64,000 nucleotides of DNA from Patescibacteria group bacterium (GTDB taxonomy: Bacteria > Patescibacteriota > Patescibacteriia > Magasanikbacterales > GWA2-37-8). Every line of letters begins with the position of its first letter. The stretch's first letter is position 1. Made by a program: the position numbers and the translations under genes. Of this stretch, positions 30,061 to 39,582 are shown piece after piece. A model generated the notes under the pieces. It searched no databases, was not told where the DNA came from, and saw only the letters and a program-made list of their open reading frames with translations. Where the stretch lies: assembly GCA_004321885.1 (NCBI GenBank), contig SCQK01000013.1, positions 32,001-96,000 on the forward strand, read 5' to 3'.

Positions 30061-31160
30061 AGCTGTTTCTCCCACTTAAATTCGGCCTCGGCGCGGGCGC
30101 GGCCGGCGGCGCCCATTTTTTTACCGTACTCGGCTTCGCGCAACAAGTCAACCACCGCGGCCACCACGCTCATATCCTGATACACATCCACCACCAACCC
30201 GGTTTCCAGGTGTTTCACGACTTCCTCCACTGCCCCGCTGCGGCCGGCCACCACCGGCAAGCCCGAAGCCGCGGCCTCCAAAAACACCGTGCCCCAGCCT
30301 TCTTCTCCCCTGGAGTCGTCGGGATGCGTAAGCAAAACAAACAAATCAGCTGTTTGATAATATTTGGGCAGCTCTTCGTACGAAATTTGCCCCACATAGC
30401 GCACCGTGTTTTGCAGGGAATTTTTCTGAATCTGTTCCATCAGCGCGGCCCGCTTGGGCCCGTCGCCGACAATAAGCCAAACTGCGTTGGGTATTTTTTC
30501 CAAAATTTGCGGCAGCAGGCGCGCCAGATGCGGGTAACCCTTGCCCTCGCCAATGCGGGACACGGTGAGGATTACTTTTTTGCCCGACAGCGCCAGCTGT
30601 GATTTGAGCGCGGTTAGTTTCTCGGGCGGCTCTTTGGCAAAAAAAATGTCAGCCGGACAGGGATAAATAATCTTGATTTTTTCCAAAGGGATTGCCTCAA
30701 ACGCGCCCGCGAATTTATTGCGCGTGAATTCGCTGTTTACAATAACGGCAGACGCCGCCCGGCACACACTTTCCAATTGCCGCCGCTTAAAGCGCGCGCC
30801 CAGTTCCAAATCCGCGCCATGAAAAAAAATCGTGTAGGGAATCTTTTTTCGCGACCAAAAATATCTCGCGACATAGCCCAGGGGCAAGGCGTGGTGCACG
30901 TGAATCGCTGAAATTTTTTCAGTTCTGATAATTTTTTTTATCTGCCAAATCAGGCGCAGCCAATGCGGCCACAAAAACCAATACGGTTTTCGGCGATAAA
31001 CCGGCCACGAATTTTTTTTGTCAAAATTCTCGCCTCCGGCCGTCTTTGGCGCGTAGACGATAATATCATTGGCCGGCGAATGCGCGCAATAATTATAAAC
31101 ATAAGAAGCAATGCCGCCGATCTGCGGTGGGTATTCCAGGGTGATAATCAAAATTTTCAT
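30048..31160 (-). CDS. Family 4 (GT-B) glycosyltransferase.
   Basis: EGWGTVFLEAAASGLPVV C-terminal motif. Confidence 0.8.
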   Translation of the reverse strand: MKILIITLEYPPQIGGIASYVYNYCAHSPANDIIVYAPKTAGGENFDKKNSWPVYRRKPYWFLWPHWLRLIWQIKKIIRTEKISAIHVHHALPLGYVARYFWSRKKIPYTIFFHGADLELGARFKRRQLESVCRAASAVIVNSEFTRNKFAGAFEAIPLEKIKIIYPCPADIFFAKEPPEKLTALKSQLALSGKKVILTVSRIGEGKGYPHLARLLPQILEKIPNAVWLIVGDGPKRAALMEQIQKNSLQNTVRYVGQISYEELPKYYQTADLFVLLTHPDDSRGEEGWGTVFLEAAASGLPVVAGRSGAVEEVVKHLETGLVVDVYQDMSVVAAVVDLLREAEYGKKMGAAGRARAEAEFKWEKQLCKV

Positions 31161-32596
31161 ACCGGCTGTTTTTTTAATTTAGCTAAAAAGCCGAAGAGTA
31201 TTTGTTTGGTCAAACCGCCGCTCGCAAATAGTAGCGCGCCGTAAACAATCGCTCCAATGGGAATGGCGAGCAAAAAATGGACTCTTTGCGCCAAAAAATA
31301 AACCGCCATACCCATGACCAGGGCCGGCCATAAAGCGGCAAAGGCCTGCCGCGATATGTTTTTTATATTTAGCTCCGCGTACTTACGGGAAAAATAATAG
31401 CCCCCAACGCACAGCAAAATATTGCTGGCCAGCGCGGCAACGGCGGCGCCCGTAATTCCGATTCTCGGCAGCATTATAAGATTCAAAATCAAATTCAGCC
31501 CCAGGGCCGCGGCCAAAAGGCCGGTCTGGGTTCGCTGATGATTGGTGGCATTGATGAGCGCTCCGGTAATTAAAGACAAATAGCCGAATATCAAACTGAA
31601 CATTAAAATCTTTAATGGCCAAACAGACGGCGCGTACTCGGCTCCATAAATTAATTTAATGATCGGCTCGCCCAGCACAAACAAACCAATGGACAATGGG
31701 AAAACAGCATAGAATAAATAGCGCCACGATTTTTCAAACAGCGGCCCGATTAAGGCGCGCTCGCCCGTGTGCAAATTGGAAAAAACCGGATACACGCTGG
31801 CCGACAGGGCAATGGGAATAAATTGAAAAGCAAAGGTAATTTTGTATGGCACGCTCCACCAGCCCAACTCTTTGGCCGAAAGCATCTTGGACATCAGCAA
31901 AGAATCGCTGTATGAATACAGCCGCCCGATAATGCCGGCCAGGGCGAACGGCAGGGCCGCGATAATAAAAGTTTTGAAAACGGCTTTGTCAAAAGCGAAC
32001 AAGTACCGCAAGCCGTAAAATTTTCTGCCGGCAACAGCCAGATAGGTAAAATTCAGCAAACTGGGAATGGCGTAGGCGATTATCAGCCACATCAGCGGCC
32101 AATGCAGAAGCAGGGCGGCCGTGCCCACAATCAGCGTGATGAACTGCGCGGCCACGATGGCGATTGATTCAAAAATCAAATTCTGGCGCGCGCGGAAAAA
32201 ACTGTTGAACACCGACTGTAAACTGTCAAAAAACATCGTCACGCCAGAAATGTAAACCAAAAGCCTGGTCTCGGCCGCATACCCCAAAATATTGATAAAA
32301 AAAATCGCCAACAAATAAGCGGCGACGCCGAAAAGCGCCTTGGTCCACAATATCGTATTAACGTAATTTTGCGCGTTGCTCGTGTCGCGCGCGACCTCGC
32401 GGGTAAGCACCGGTGAAAGCCCGAAATCCGCCACCACGGTAAAAATAGTGGTAAAAGTGAGCGCGAAAAAATATTGTCCGGTATTGGCCGCCCCTAAAAG
32501 GCGGGCAACCAAAATAAAATAAAAAAAAGAAATTATTTTTTGAAGCACCGAAGCCGCCGTCAAAAACGTGGTATTTTGCGCGACCGTATAAGACAT
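31157..32596 (-). CDS. Polysaccharide flippase (Wzx/MOP superfamily).
   Basis: 479 aa with about 12-14 TM helices, located in the glycosyltransferase cluster. Confidence 0.65.
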   Translation of the reverse strand: MSYTVAQNTTFLTAASVLQKIISFFYFILVARLLGAANTGQYFFALTFTTIFTVVADFGLSPVLTREVARDTSNAQNYVNTILWTKALFGVAAYLLAIFFINILGYAAETRLLVYISGVTMFFDSLQSVFNSFFRARQNLIFESIAIVAAQFITLIVGTAALLLHWPLMWLIIAYAIPSLLNFTYLAVAGRKFYGLRYLFAFDKAVFKTFIIAALPFALAGIIGRLYSYSDSLLMSKMLSAKELGWWSVPYKITFAFQFIPIALSASVYPVFSNLHTGERALIGPLFEKSWRYLFYAVFPLSIGLFVLGEPIIKLIYGAEYAPSVWPLKILMFSLIFGYLSLITGALINATNHQRTQTGLLAAALGLNLILNLIMLPRIGITGAAVAALASNILLCVGGYYFSRKYAELNIKNISRQAFAALWPALVMGMAVYFLAQRVHFLLAIPIGAIVYGALLFASGGLTKQILFGFLAKLKKQPV

Positions 32597-32676
32597 AGAA
32601 CCACTAATCTATATTCACTAATCACACTAATTGATGGCCACTTGTTACAATTTTACAGGAATTTGGACAAAAAAAC

Positions 32677-32699
32677 AACCCCGACTAAGTCGGGGTTGT
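32677..32699 (-). terminator. Hairpin terminator downstream of rpsI (AACCCCGACTAAGTCGGGGTT). Its core matches the family-1 palindrome.
   Basis: Perfect 9-bp stem read directly. Confidence 0.5.
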
Positions 32700-32705
32700 G
32701 TCGGA

Positions 32706-33173
32706 TTATCGTTTCGCCCACTGCGGAGCGCGTCTGGCTTTTTTGAGGCCGAATTTCTTCCGTTCTTTCACGCGCGGGTCGCGCGTCAGATACCCATTGG
32801 TTTTTAGGGTTTTGCGCAGCTGTTCATCCCATTTGAGCAGGGCCCGCGCGATTCCGAGCTGAACCGCAACCGCCTGCCCTCTTTTGCCGCCGCCCTTAAC
32901 TTTTACCGAAACGTCAAAATTCTTTTCTTTGGCAACGGCGCCAAGCGGCGCGACAACTAATTCGCGCTGTTCATATTCGGGAAAATAAATCTCCAACGGC
33001 TTGCCATTGATTGCAACATCTCCTTTTCCCAAACTCAACCGCACGCGCGCCGCGGCTGATTTGCGGCGCCCCACCGCGACGGCGGTTTCGCTTGCGGCAG
33101 GAGCTTTCACTGAAACCGGCCGCGCGCTTTTTTTCGCGGAAACTTTTGGCATAAAACTTTGTTCAACTTTCAC
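32706..33173 (-). CDS. rpsI: 30S ribosomal protein S9 with a Lys/Ala-rich N-terminal extension.
   Basis: GRRKSAAARV...GLKKARRAPQWAKR. The start may instead be M8, at 33152. Confidence 0.9.
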   Translation of the reverse strand: MKVEQSFMPKVSAKKSARPVSVKAPAASETAVAVGRRKSAAARVRLSLGKGDVAINGKPLEIYFPEYEQRELVVAPLGAVAKEKNFDVSVKVKGGGKRGQAVAVQLGIARALLKWDEQLRKTLKTNGYLTRDPRVKERKKFGLKKARRAPQWAKR

Positions 33174-33529
33174 TTAAAACTAATCCTTTGCAGTCTTAAT
33201 TCCCTCATTTTGTTTTTCGGCAGCATTTTTGACACGGCCAAAATAATCGCTTTTTCCGGCTCGGCGGCCATAACCTCTTTGGCCGGCTTTTCTTTCAAGC
33301 CGCCCGGGTGCATGCTGTGATGCCGGTAAACCTTCTGCTGAATTTTTTTGCCGGAAAAATAAACCTGCCCGGCGTGGAGCACCCTCACGCGGTTATTTTT
33401 ATCCACATGCGGAGCATAATCCGGTTCATTTTTGCCCATCAAAAAGACACTTATTTCGGTGGCCACCCGGCCCACGGCCTTGCCGGCCGCGTCAACCTGA
33501 AATTTTTTGCCCTTAATTTTATTGCTCAT
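33170..33529 (-). CDS. rplM: 50S ribosomal protein L13.
   Basis: DAAGKAVGRVATEIS...YRHHSMHPGG. Confidence 0.9.
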   Translation of the reverse strand: MSNKIKGKKFQVDAAGKAVGRVATEISVFLMGKNEPDYAPHVDKNNRVRVLHAGQVYFSGKKIQQKVYRHHSMHPGGLKEKPAKEVMAAEPEKAIILAVSKMLPKNKMRELRLQRISFK

Positions 33530-33876
33530 ACAAGCTCAATAATGGCTGCCTGGGCCGCGTCCCCTTTGCGCTCGCCCAAAGCCGTAACGCGCGTGTATCC
33601 GCCGACGCGCTCTTTGTAGCGACTAGCCAGCTCGCTCATCAATTTGCGCGCCGCCCTTGAACCGTAAAGCGCGCCCTCAATTTCGCGGCGCGCGGCCAAA
33701 TTTTGCTTTTTGGACTCGGTAATCAATTTTTCCACCAGCGGCCGCACTGCCTTGGCTTTGGCTTTGGTAGTTTTCACCTTTTCATACAAAATAACGCTAA
33801 CGGCCAAATTGGCGAGCAGTGAACGTCTGGCGGCGGTCTTTCTGTCTAAGGTAACCTTCTTTTTTTGATGACGCAT
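33526..33876 (-). CDS. rplQ: 50S ribosomal protein L17.
   Basis: MRHQKKKVTLDRKTAARRSLLANLA. ORF trimmed to M10. Confidence 0.9.
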   Translation of the reverse strand: MRHQKKKVTLDRKTAARRSLLANLAVSVILYEKVKTTKAKAKAVRPLVEKLITESKKQNLAARREIEGALYGSRAARKLMSELASRYKERVGGYTRVTALGERKGDAAQAAIIELV

Positions 33877-33877
33877 A

Positions 33878-34711
33878 TCATTTCTTGACTTTCTTCTTCT
33901 CAATTTTTTCCTTTTTCACCTTCGCCTTTTTTTCTTTCTTGGGGGTTTCTTTTTTCTCTTCTTTCGCAAGGGCGTCTTTTTCTGTTTTCACTTCGGGAAC
34001 GGCTTCTTCTTCTATCTTGGCGTCGCCGGCCGCAGCCAAAATTATGGAAAAATGGTCCATCACGATTTGCGCGGCCTGCCTGATGGCCTCGTGGGGCGTC
34101 AACGCGCCGTTTGTTTCTATATTCAAAATCAATCTTTCAAAATTGGTGATGTCGCCCACGCGCGTGTATTCCACGCTGTAGCCCACGTCTTTAACCGGGC
34201 TGTAAATGGAATCAATCACGATGGTGCCCAGGTCGTAATGTTTTTTGTCTTTTTCCTCCACCGGCTTGAAGCCGCGCCCGCGGCCCGCGATAATTTCCAT
34301 TTCAAAAACACGCGGGCTGGTGAGATTGGCAATAACCAGGTCCTTGTTCATTATTTCAACATTGGCGTTGGGCTCGATGTCGCCGGCGAGTAGCGGCCCG
34401 GGGCCTTTTTTGGAAAAGGTCAGCACGACCGGCTCTTCACTAAATACTTTCAGCGCCAGCTGTTTTAAGTTCAAAATAATCTGCACTACGTCTTCTTTTG
34501 CGCCTTCCACGGCGCTAAACTCGTGCGCCACGCCCTTGATTTTGAAGGCCTCCACCGCGGCGCCCGGCAGCGAAGACAGCAAAACGCGGCGCAGGGCGTT
34601 ACCCAAAGTGGTGCCATAGCCGAAATAACAAGGTGAAATCAAAAACGCGCCCTTGGTTTTGGTTTCGCCTTCCATAAATTCCACCTTTGACGGTAAAAGT
34701 AAATTTTCCAT
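33878..34711 (-). CDS. rpoA: DNA-directed RNA polymerase alpha subunit. The alpha-NTD is present; the alpha-CTD is replaced by a short Lys/Glu-rich tail.
   Basis: GYGTTLGNALRRVLLSSLPGAAV. The protein ends in EEKKETPKKEKKAKVKKEKIEKKKVKK; 277 aa from MENLL. Confidence 0.85.
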   Translation of the reverse strand: MENLLLPSKVEFMEGETKTKGAFLISPCYFGYGTTLGNALRRVLLSSLPGAAVEAFKIKGVAHEFSAVEGAKEDVVQIILNLKQLALKVFSEEPVVLTFSKKGPGPLLAGDIEPNANVEIMNKDLVIANLTSPRVFEMEIIAGRGRGFKPVEEKDKKHYDLGTIVIDSIYSPVKDVGYSVEYTRVGDITNFERLILNIETNGALTPHEAIRQAAQIVMDHFSIILAAAGDAKIEEEAVPEVKTEKDALAKEEKKETPKKEKKAKVKKEKIEKKKVKK

Positions 34712-34772
34712 ACTGTTCAAAATTTTACCCCTCCTCAATCCTCCCCTTAAATAAGGGGGGGATAAGCAGAGT

Positions 34773-35399
34773 TTATCGCGAATAAAACTCAATGATAGTT
34801 TTGGCGTCAAAACCCGGCTCGGCAATCGTCGGCGCATTCAAAATTTTCGCGCGCAACTGGGACGGTTCCAGCCCCAGCCATCCGGGCGCCTCCAGCTTGG
34901 CCAGTTTTTCTTCCATTTTATCGTAAAGCAGGCTTTTCTTTTTGGATTCTTTAAGCGCGACCATGTCGCCGACCTTCACGCGGTAAGACGGAATATTGAC
35001 CGGACGGCCGTTTACGGACAGATGGCTGTGGCTCACGATTTGCCTGGCCGCGGCCCGGGATTTGCCCAAACCCATTCTAAACGCCACATTATCCAGGCGC
35101 GACTCCAGATAGGAAATCAAAAACTTGCCGGTGTTGCCGGTTTTCTTTGCGGCTTCGGCCACATAATTGGCAAACTGCCTTTCGCGCAGGCCGTACAATC
35201 GCTTGGCTTTTTGCTTCTCAAACAATTGTTTGCCGTAAACCGAGCGCTTGGAGTGCTTTTTGCTCGGCCCGTGCGCGCCCGGCGGATAATTGCGCTTTAC
35301 CATGGTGCATTTCGGCCCAAAACATTTTTCGCCTTTCAGCATCAGTTTAACGCCGGCTCCGCGGCACTGGGCGCATTTTGAATCTAACATTAAAACCAT
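34773..35399 (-). CDS. rpsD: 30S ribosomal protein S4 (zinc-finger type).
   Basis: CAQCRGAGVKLMLKGEKCFGPKC...IIEFYSR. Start at M14 or M17 of the ORF. Confidence 0.9.
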   Translation of the reverse strand: MVLMLDSKCAQCRGAGVKLMLKGEKCFGPKCTMVKRNYPPGAHGPSKKHSKRSVYGKQLFEKQKAKRLYGLRERQFANYVAEAAKKTGNTGKFLISYLESRLDNVAFRMGLGKSRAAARQIVSHSHLSVNGRPVNIPSYRVKVGDMVALKESKKKSLLYDKMEEKLAKLEAPGWLGLEPSQLRAKILNAPTIAEPGFDAKTIIEFYSR

Positions 35400-35404
35400 A
35401 AATC

Positions 35405-35438
35405 GTGTCATTCCCCCGACTAAGTCGGGGGAATCCAA
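35405..35438. repeat. Family-1 palindromic repeat, copy B. Intergenic between rpsK and rpsD.
   Basis: GTGTCATTCCCCCGACTAAGTCGGGGGAATCCA. Confidence 0.85.
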
Positions 35439-35450
35439 TCATGAATAAGT

Positions 35451-35924
35451 TTAAACTCTCCTTCGACCGGGCGGACGGCAGCCGTTATGCGGCATCGGTG
35501 TCACGTCGTTCACGGAAACCACGTTGAACCCGTTGATATGCAAAGCGCGAATAGCGCCCTCGCGCCCGCCGCCGATGCCCTTGACAAAAACATGCAAATC
35601 TTTCACACCAAAATCAGCCACCTTCCCGGCCACGTCTTTCACCACCATGCCGGCCGCATAGGGGGTGGCTTTCTTGGGACCCTTAAAGCCCACTTTTCCG
35701 GCCGATGACCAGCTCAAAATATCCCCGTTCGGATCGGCAATGGAAACAATGGTATTGTTATAGGAAGCCTGAATATACGCGTTGCCGTGCGCCACCTGTC
35801 TGACTGCTTTTTTCTTCTTGGATTTCACGACTTTTTTTGCGCCCGGTTTTATTTCCGCCGCCGGAACAGCCGCAGGCGCGCTATCGGCCGCTTCAATTAT
35901 TTTTGTCGCTTGTTCATCGGTCAT
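35451..35924 (-). CDS. rpsK: 30S ribosomal protein S11 with an N-terminal extension.
   Basis: HGNAYIQASYNNTIVSI...NGCRPPGRRRV. Confidence 0.9.
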   Translation of the reverse strand: MTDEQATKIIEAADSAPAAVPAAEIKPGAKKVVKSKKKKAVRQVAHGNAYIQASYNNTIVSIADPNGDILSWSSAGKVGFKGPKKATPYAAGMVVKDVAGKVADFGVKDLHVFVKGIGGGREGAIRALHINGFNVVSVNDVTPMPHNGCRPPGRRRV

Positions 35925-35935
35925 ATCTCAATATA

Positions 35936-36322
35936 TCAAGTCTTTAACCCGGCCGGCTTGCGGCCGCTGCCCATGGTTTTGCGCACGTTGCCGCGCACGG
36001 TGCGGCTGTTGGTTTTGGTGCGCTGTCCGCGAACCGGCAAATGCTTCATGTGCCTGATGCCGCGATAGGCCTTAATGTCTTTCATGCGCTTGATATTGGA
36101 CATCACTTCGCGGCGCAAATCGCCTTCGGTCTTGTATTCTTTTTCCACAATCAAACGAATCTTATCTTCCTGTTCGTTGGTCAAATCCTTGACGCGGATG
36201 TCTTCGCTGATTTTGGCCTTGGCCAAGATTTTTTTCGCGGCCACGGCGCCCACGCCGTAAATATAGGGCAAAGACGCCACGATTCGTTTTTCTTTAGGTA
36301 TATTTATACCGGCGATACGCAT
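35936..36322 (-). CDS. rpsM: 30S ribosomal protein S13.
   Basis: [28 protein letters not shown] trimmed to M18. Confidence 0.9.
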   Translation of the reverse strand: MRIAGINIPKEKRIVASLPYIYGVGAVAAKKILAKAKISEDIRVKDLTNEQEDKIRLIVEKEYKTEGDLRREVMSNIKRMKDIKAYRGIRHMKHLPVRGQRTKTNSRTVRGNVRKTMGSGRKPAGLKT

Positions 36323-36339
36323 AAAATCGTCATTCGTTA

Positions 36340-36362
36340 TTGGTAATTGGTAATTGGTAATT
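36340..36362. repeat. Tandem heptamer (CCAATTA)x3 on the minus strand, 18-40 nt upstream of the rpsM start.
   Basis: Plus strand reads ggtaattggtaattggtaattgg. Confidence 0.6.
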
Positions 36363-36375
36363 GGCCATTTCAACG

Positions 36376-36489
36376 CTATCCCTGTCTTTGTTTATGTTTG
36401 GGATTAAAACAAATAACGCGGATTCTGCCTTTTCGGCGCACTATTTTGCACTTAGCGCAAATTTTCTTTACCGACGTTCGCACTTTCAT
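36376..36489 (-). CDS. rpmJ: 50S ribosomal protein L36.
   Basis: [37 protein letters not shown]. It is the C-terminal part of ORF 36376..36600. Confidence 0.9.
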   Translation of the reverse strand: MKVRTSVKKICAKCKIVRRKGRIRVICFNPKHKQRQG

Positions 36490-36612
36490 ACGGAAAACCA
36501 GTGTAAGAAAAACTCCAACCACTGCCGCGATATCCACGCCCGACGGCCCGTGCGCCGGACATTTGGCCGGAAAGCGCACGTCGGTCAAGCTACACCGCAA
36601 TGATTGGAATGT

Positions 36613-36831
36613 TTAAAATCTGTAAGTTATCCTTCCTTTGGTCAAATCGTATGGGGTCATTTCCAGCTTTATCTTATCTCCTATTCCCAGACGAATTTTA
36701 TTGAGCCGCATCTTGCCCGACAGATGAGCTATAATCACCTGGCCGCTTTCCAGTCTGACCTTAAAAGTGGCCGCAGGCAAAAGCTCCTCTACCGTCCCTT
36801 TTACCTCAATTACGTTTTTTTCGTTCGCCAT
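36613..36831 (-). CDS. infA: Translation initiation factor IF-1.
   Basis: [34 protein letters not shown]. Confidence 0.95.
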   Translation of the reverse strand: MANEKNVIEVKGTVEELLPAATFKVRLESGQVIIAHLSGKMRLNKIRLGIGDKIKLEMTPYDLTKGRITYRF

Positions 36832-36881
36832 TTCCTAAGTTAGTTTTAACGAGATTATCTTACCCCAAAAGACAAAATCCG

Positions 36882-37349
36882 TCAAGGGGCGGCTGGCAAA
36901 TTATCCCCATGATTTCCGCTGTCATTCCCGCCCGCGAGTGGAAATCCATTTGCGTACACCCAGTATTTATACAATAAAAAATTCCAGGCCACGGCCACGG
37001 CAATATTTGCCACGCGCGCCAGGCGATAATCCAGGCCGAATTTTTCGTTAAAAAACCACATCCAGCCAATGGCGATGATGTAATTCAAAAACATTACCAC
37101 CAAAAAACGGGCCGCCTGCGTGGCGGCGCATCCGCGGGCTCCAAAAGACCAGTATTTATTCAGCAAAAAAACATAAGCCACCATAAACACCTGGTTTATG
37201 GCCACGGCCGCAACCGGACGCAGACGGGCATATTCTTTGAGCAAATAAAGCGAGCCGACGTCCAAAAACAAGGCGCTAAGCCCCACCAAAAAATATTTGG
37301 CAAACTGCGCTCGGCTGGCCCACAGTTTTTTTATAATATCTTTTATCAT
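36882..37349 (-). CDS. GtrA-family small membrane protein.
   Basis: Four TM helices; AKYFLVGLSALFLDVGSLYLL is GtrA-like. Start taken at MIKDI. Confidence 0.5.
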   Translation of the reverse strand: MIKDIIKKLWASRAQFAKYFLVGLSALFLDVGSLYLLKEYARLRPVAAVAINQVFMVAYVFLLNKYWSFGARGCAATQAARFLVVMFLNYIIAIGWMWFFNEKFGLDYRLARVANIAVAVAWNFLLYKYWVYANGFPLAGGNDSGNHGDNLPAAP

Positions 37350-39202
37350 TCTAATATCGCCTTTATCCTCCGCACGCCGGCGCTCACTGCCTCTTCTTTG
37401 ATAATGCGGAATTTTCCCAGCACACCCGTGTGCTCCACGTGCGGTCCGCCGCATATTTCGCGGCTAAAACATTGCGAGTTCTCGTGGGCTTCAACTTTGG
37501 CTTGCGAGTCGCCCACGGAATAGACCTTGACTTTTTGCCCGTAACGTGCTTCAAACAATCCAATGGCCCCCAATTTTTTGGCCTGTTCCACGCTCATTTC
37601 TTCAAAAACCACCGTATAATCGCGCTTTATGGCATAGTTGACAAGTTCTTCAATTTGTGCTTTCTGATTTTCAGTCAGCTTCTCGGGATGGCTAAAATCA
37701 AAGCGCAAACGCTCGGCCGTAATATTGCTGCCGCGCTGTGTCACATGCTCGCCCAACACCTTGCGCAGGGCGGCGTGGAGCAAATGCGTGGCCGTGTGGT
37801 ATTTTATGGACATCTCGCCGGTATCAGCCAGCCCGCCCTTGAATTTTTGCTCGGCGCCGGCCCGAGAAAGCTCCTGATGCTTTTTCATTTCCTCGTTAAA
37901 TCCTTTGATATCAACACTTAATCCTTTTTCCTCCGCCAATTCTATCGTCAGTTCAATCGGGAAGCCATAACTTTGATACAGGTCAAAAGCATCTTTCGCG
38001 GAAATTATTTTTCCGCCGTCAGTCACATTGTCATTCCCCCGACTAAGTACGGGGGAATCCAGTAACTCCTCAAATTTCGCCATTCCTCGTTCAATCGTAT
38101 TCCTAAATTTACTCTCCTCTTTTGCCATTTCGTTTATCACAAACTCGCGGTTGCGTTCCACTTCCGGATAAACATCGCTAAAAATTTTGATTGTTTCCTC
38201 GGCCATGGCCGAGGAAAAATTTTCTTTTATTCCCAGCAGTCGTCCGTGGCGCACGGCGCGGCGAATCAAACGTCTCACCACATACCCCTGGTCCACGTTG
38301 CTTGGCGCTATCCCCTTGTCATCGCCCATGATCATGGTGGCGGTACGCAAATGGTCGGCGATAACGCGCATTGATTTGGTGACTTCCGCGTTTTCCACGT
38401 ATTCGCGCCCGGAAATCTCTTCAATTTTTTGTATCAAAGGCCAAAAAGTGTCCACCTGAAAAACATCGGCAAAGCCGTTTAAGGCGACCAGCGTGCGCTC
38501 CAGACCCATGCCAGTGTCCACGTTCTTTTGTTTGAGGGGCGCGTAACTACCATCAACCAGTTTATTGTACTCCATGAAAACGTCGTTCCAAATTTCCAGC
38601 CAATTGTCTTCGTCGTTTTCCGGGTTGCTCTTTTTGGGTGGAAGCTCAGACTCCCCCATCCAATAAAACATCTCCGTGTCCGGACCGCACGGCCCGGTGG
38701 CTCCGGCCGGCCCCCACCAATTATTTTCTTTCGGTAAAAAACAAATTTTGTGCTCTGGCACGCCCGCTTCTTTCCAAATTTCGGCCGATTCTTCGTCGCG
38801 CTCGGCTGTTTTGCCTCCCTTAAACACGGACACGGCCAATTTCTTCGGGTCCAGCCCCAGCCATTTTTGGTCCGTTAAAAATTCCCAACTCCACTGTATC
38901 GCTTCCTTTTTAAAATAGTCACCCAGCGACCAGTTGCCGAGCATTTCAAAAAAAGTATCGTGGCGGTTGTCCCCCACTTCGTCAATATCCTGCAAGCGCG
39001 CGCATTTTTGCGCGCTGGCCAAACGCTTGCCCTCGGGATGTTTTTCGCCCAGTAAATACGGCACCAGCGGGTGCATGCCGGCGGTGGTAAACAAAACCGT
39101 CGGATCGTTTTCCGGAACGAGCGAGGCCGACAAAATCACCTTGTGTCCTTTACTGACAAAAAAATCCAAATATTTCTGCCGCAGTTGTTTTGATATGAGC
39201 AT
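37346..39202 (-). CDS. alaS: Alanyl-tRNA synthetase, short form (618 aa) lacking the C-terminal C-Ala domain. A family-1 repeat sits in-frame.
   Basis: N-terminal catalytic core (FTTAGMHPLVPY, GNWSLGDYFK) and editing-domain HxxxH (HTATHLLHAAL). The repeat encodes DSPVLSRGNDN. Confidence 0.9.
   Translation of the reverse strand: MLISKQLRQKYLDFFVSKGHKVILSASLVPENDPTVLFTTAGMHPLVPYLLGEKHPEGKRLASAQKCARLQDIDEVGDNRHDTFFEMLGNWSLGDYFKKEAIQWSWEFLTDQKWLGLDPKKLAVSVFKGGKTAERDEESAEIWKEAGVPEHKICFLPKENNWWGPAGATGPCGPDTEMFYWMGESELPPKKSNPENDEDNWLEIWNDVFMEYNKLVDGSYAPLKQKNVDTGMGLERTLVALNGFADVFQVDTFWPLIQKIEEISGREYVENAEVTKSMRVIADHLRTATMIMGDDKGIAPSNVDQGYVVRRLIRRAVRHGRLLGIKENFSSAMAEETIKIFSDVYPEVERNREFVINEMAKEESKFRNTIERGMAKFEELLDSPVLSRGNDNVTDGGKIISAKDAFDLYQSYGFPIELTIELAEEKGLSVDIKGFNEEMKKHQELSRAGAEQKFKGGLADTGEMSIKYHTATHLLHAALRKVLGEHVTQRGSNITAERLRFDFSHPEKLTENQKAQIEELVNYAIKRDYTVVFEEMSVEQAKKLGAIGLFEARYGQKVKVYSVGDSQAKVEAHENSQCFSREICGGPHVEHTGVLGKFRIIKEEAVSAGVRRIKAILE
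38028..38063. repeat. Family-1 palindromic repeat, copy C, in-frame inside alaS.
   Basis: TTGTCATTCCCCCGACTAAGTACGGGGGAATCCAG. Confidence 0.85.
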
Positions 39203-39219
39203 AGCGATAAAAAAATCGC

Positions 39220-39582
39220 CTACTTTACCAAGCGATTTTTGCCCAACAAATTTAAAATTTTAACAATCTCTTTCTTTAATTTTGGTATATCGTTCTCAAC
39301 GATTTTCCAAACCAGATTAATATCAACTCCAAAATATTCGTGAATGAGGACGTCCCGCGTACCGGCAATTTTTTTCCATTCTACCTGAGGATGCTTCTTT
39401 TTAAAACCAGCTGGCAAGCTTTTGCATGCTTCACCGATTATTTCCAAGCGGCGAATGATCGCGTCTTGAATTGTGGTTGAATCAAAAAAAAATTTTGGCG
39501 TTAATTTCGCCGCATTTTTTTCTATTTCTTCAATACTGGTTAAAATATATTCAAGAAAAAATTCAGGCTGTCTTTTTGCCAT
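39220..39582 (-). CDS. HepT-like (DUF86) toxin of a MntA/HepT nucleotidyltransferase TA pair.
   Basis: Rx4HxY motif (RDVLIHEY). Overlaps the upstream MntA gene. Confidence 0.8.
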   Translation of the reverse strand: MAKRQPEFFLEYILTSIEEIEKNAAKLTPKFFFDSTTIQDAIIRRLEIIGEACKSLPAGFKKKHPQVEWKKIAGTRDVLIHEYFGVDINLVWKIVENDIPKLKKEIVKILNLLGKNRLVK

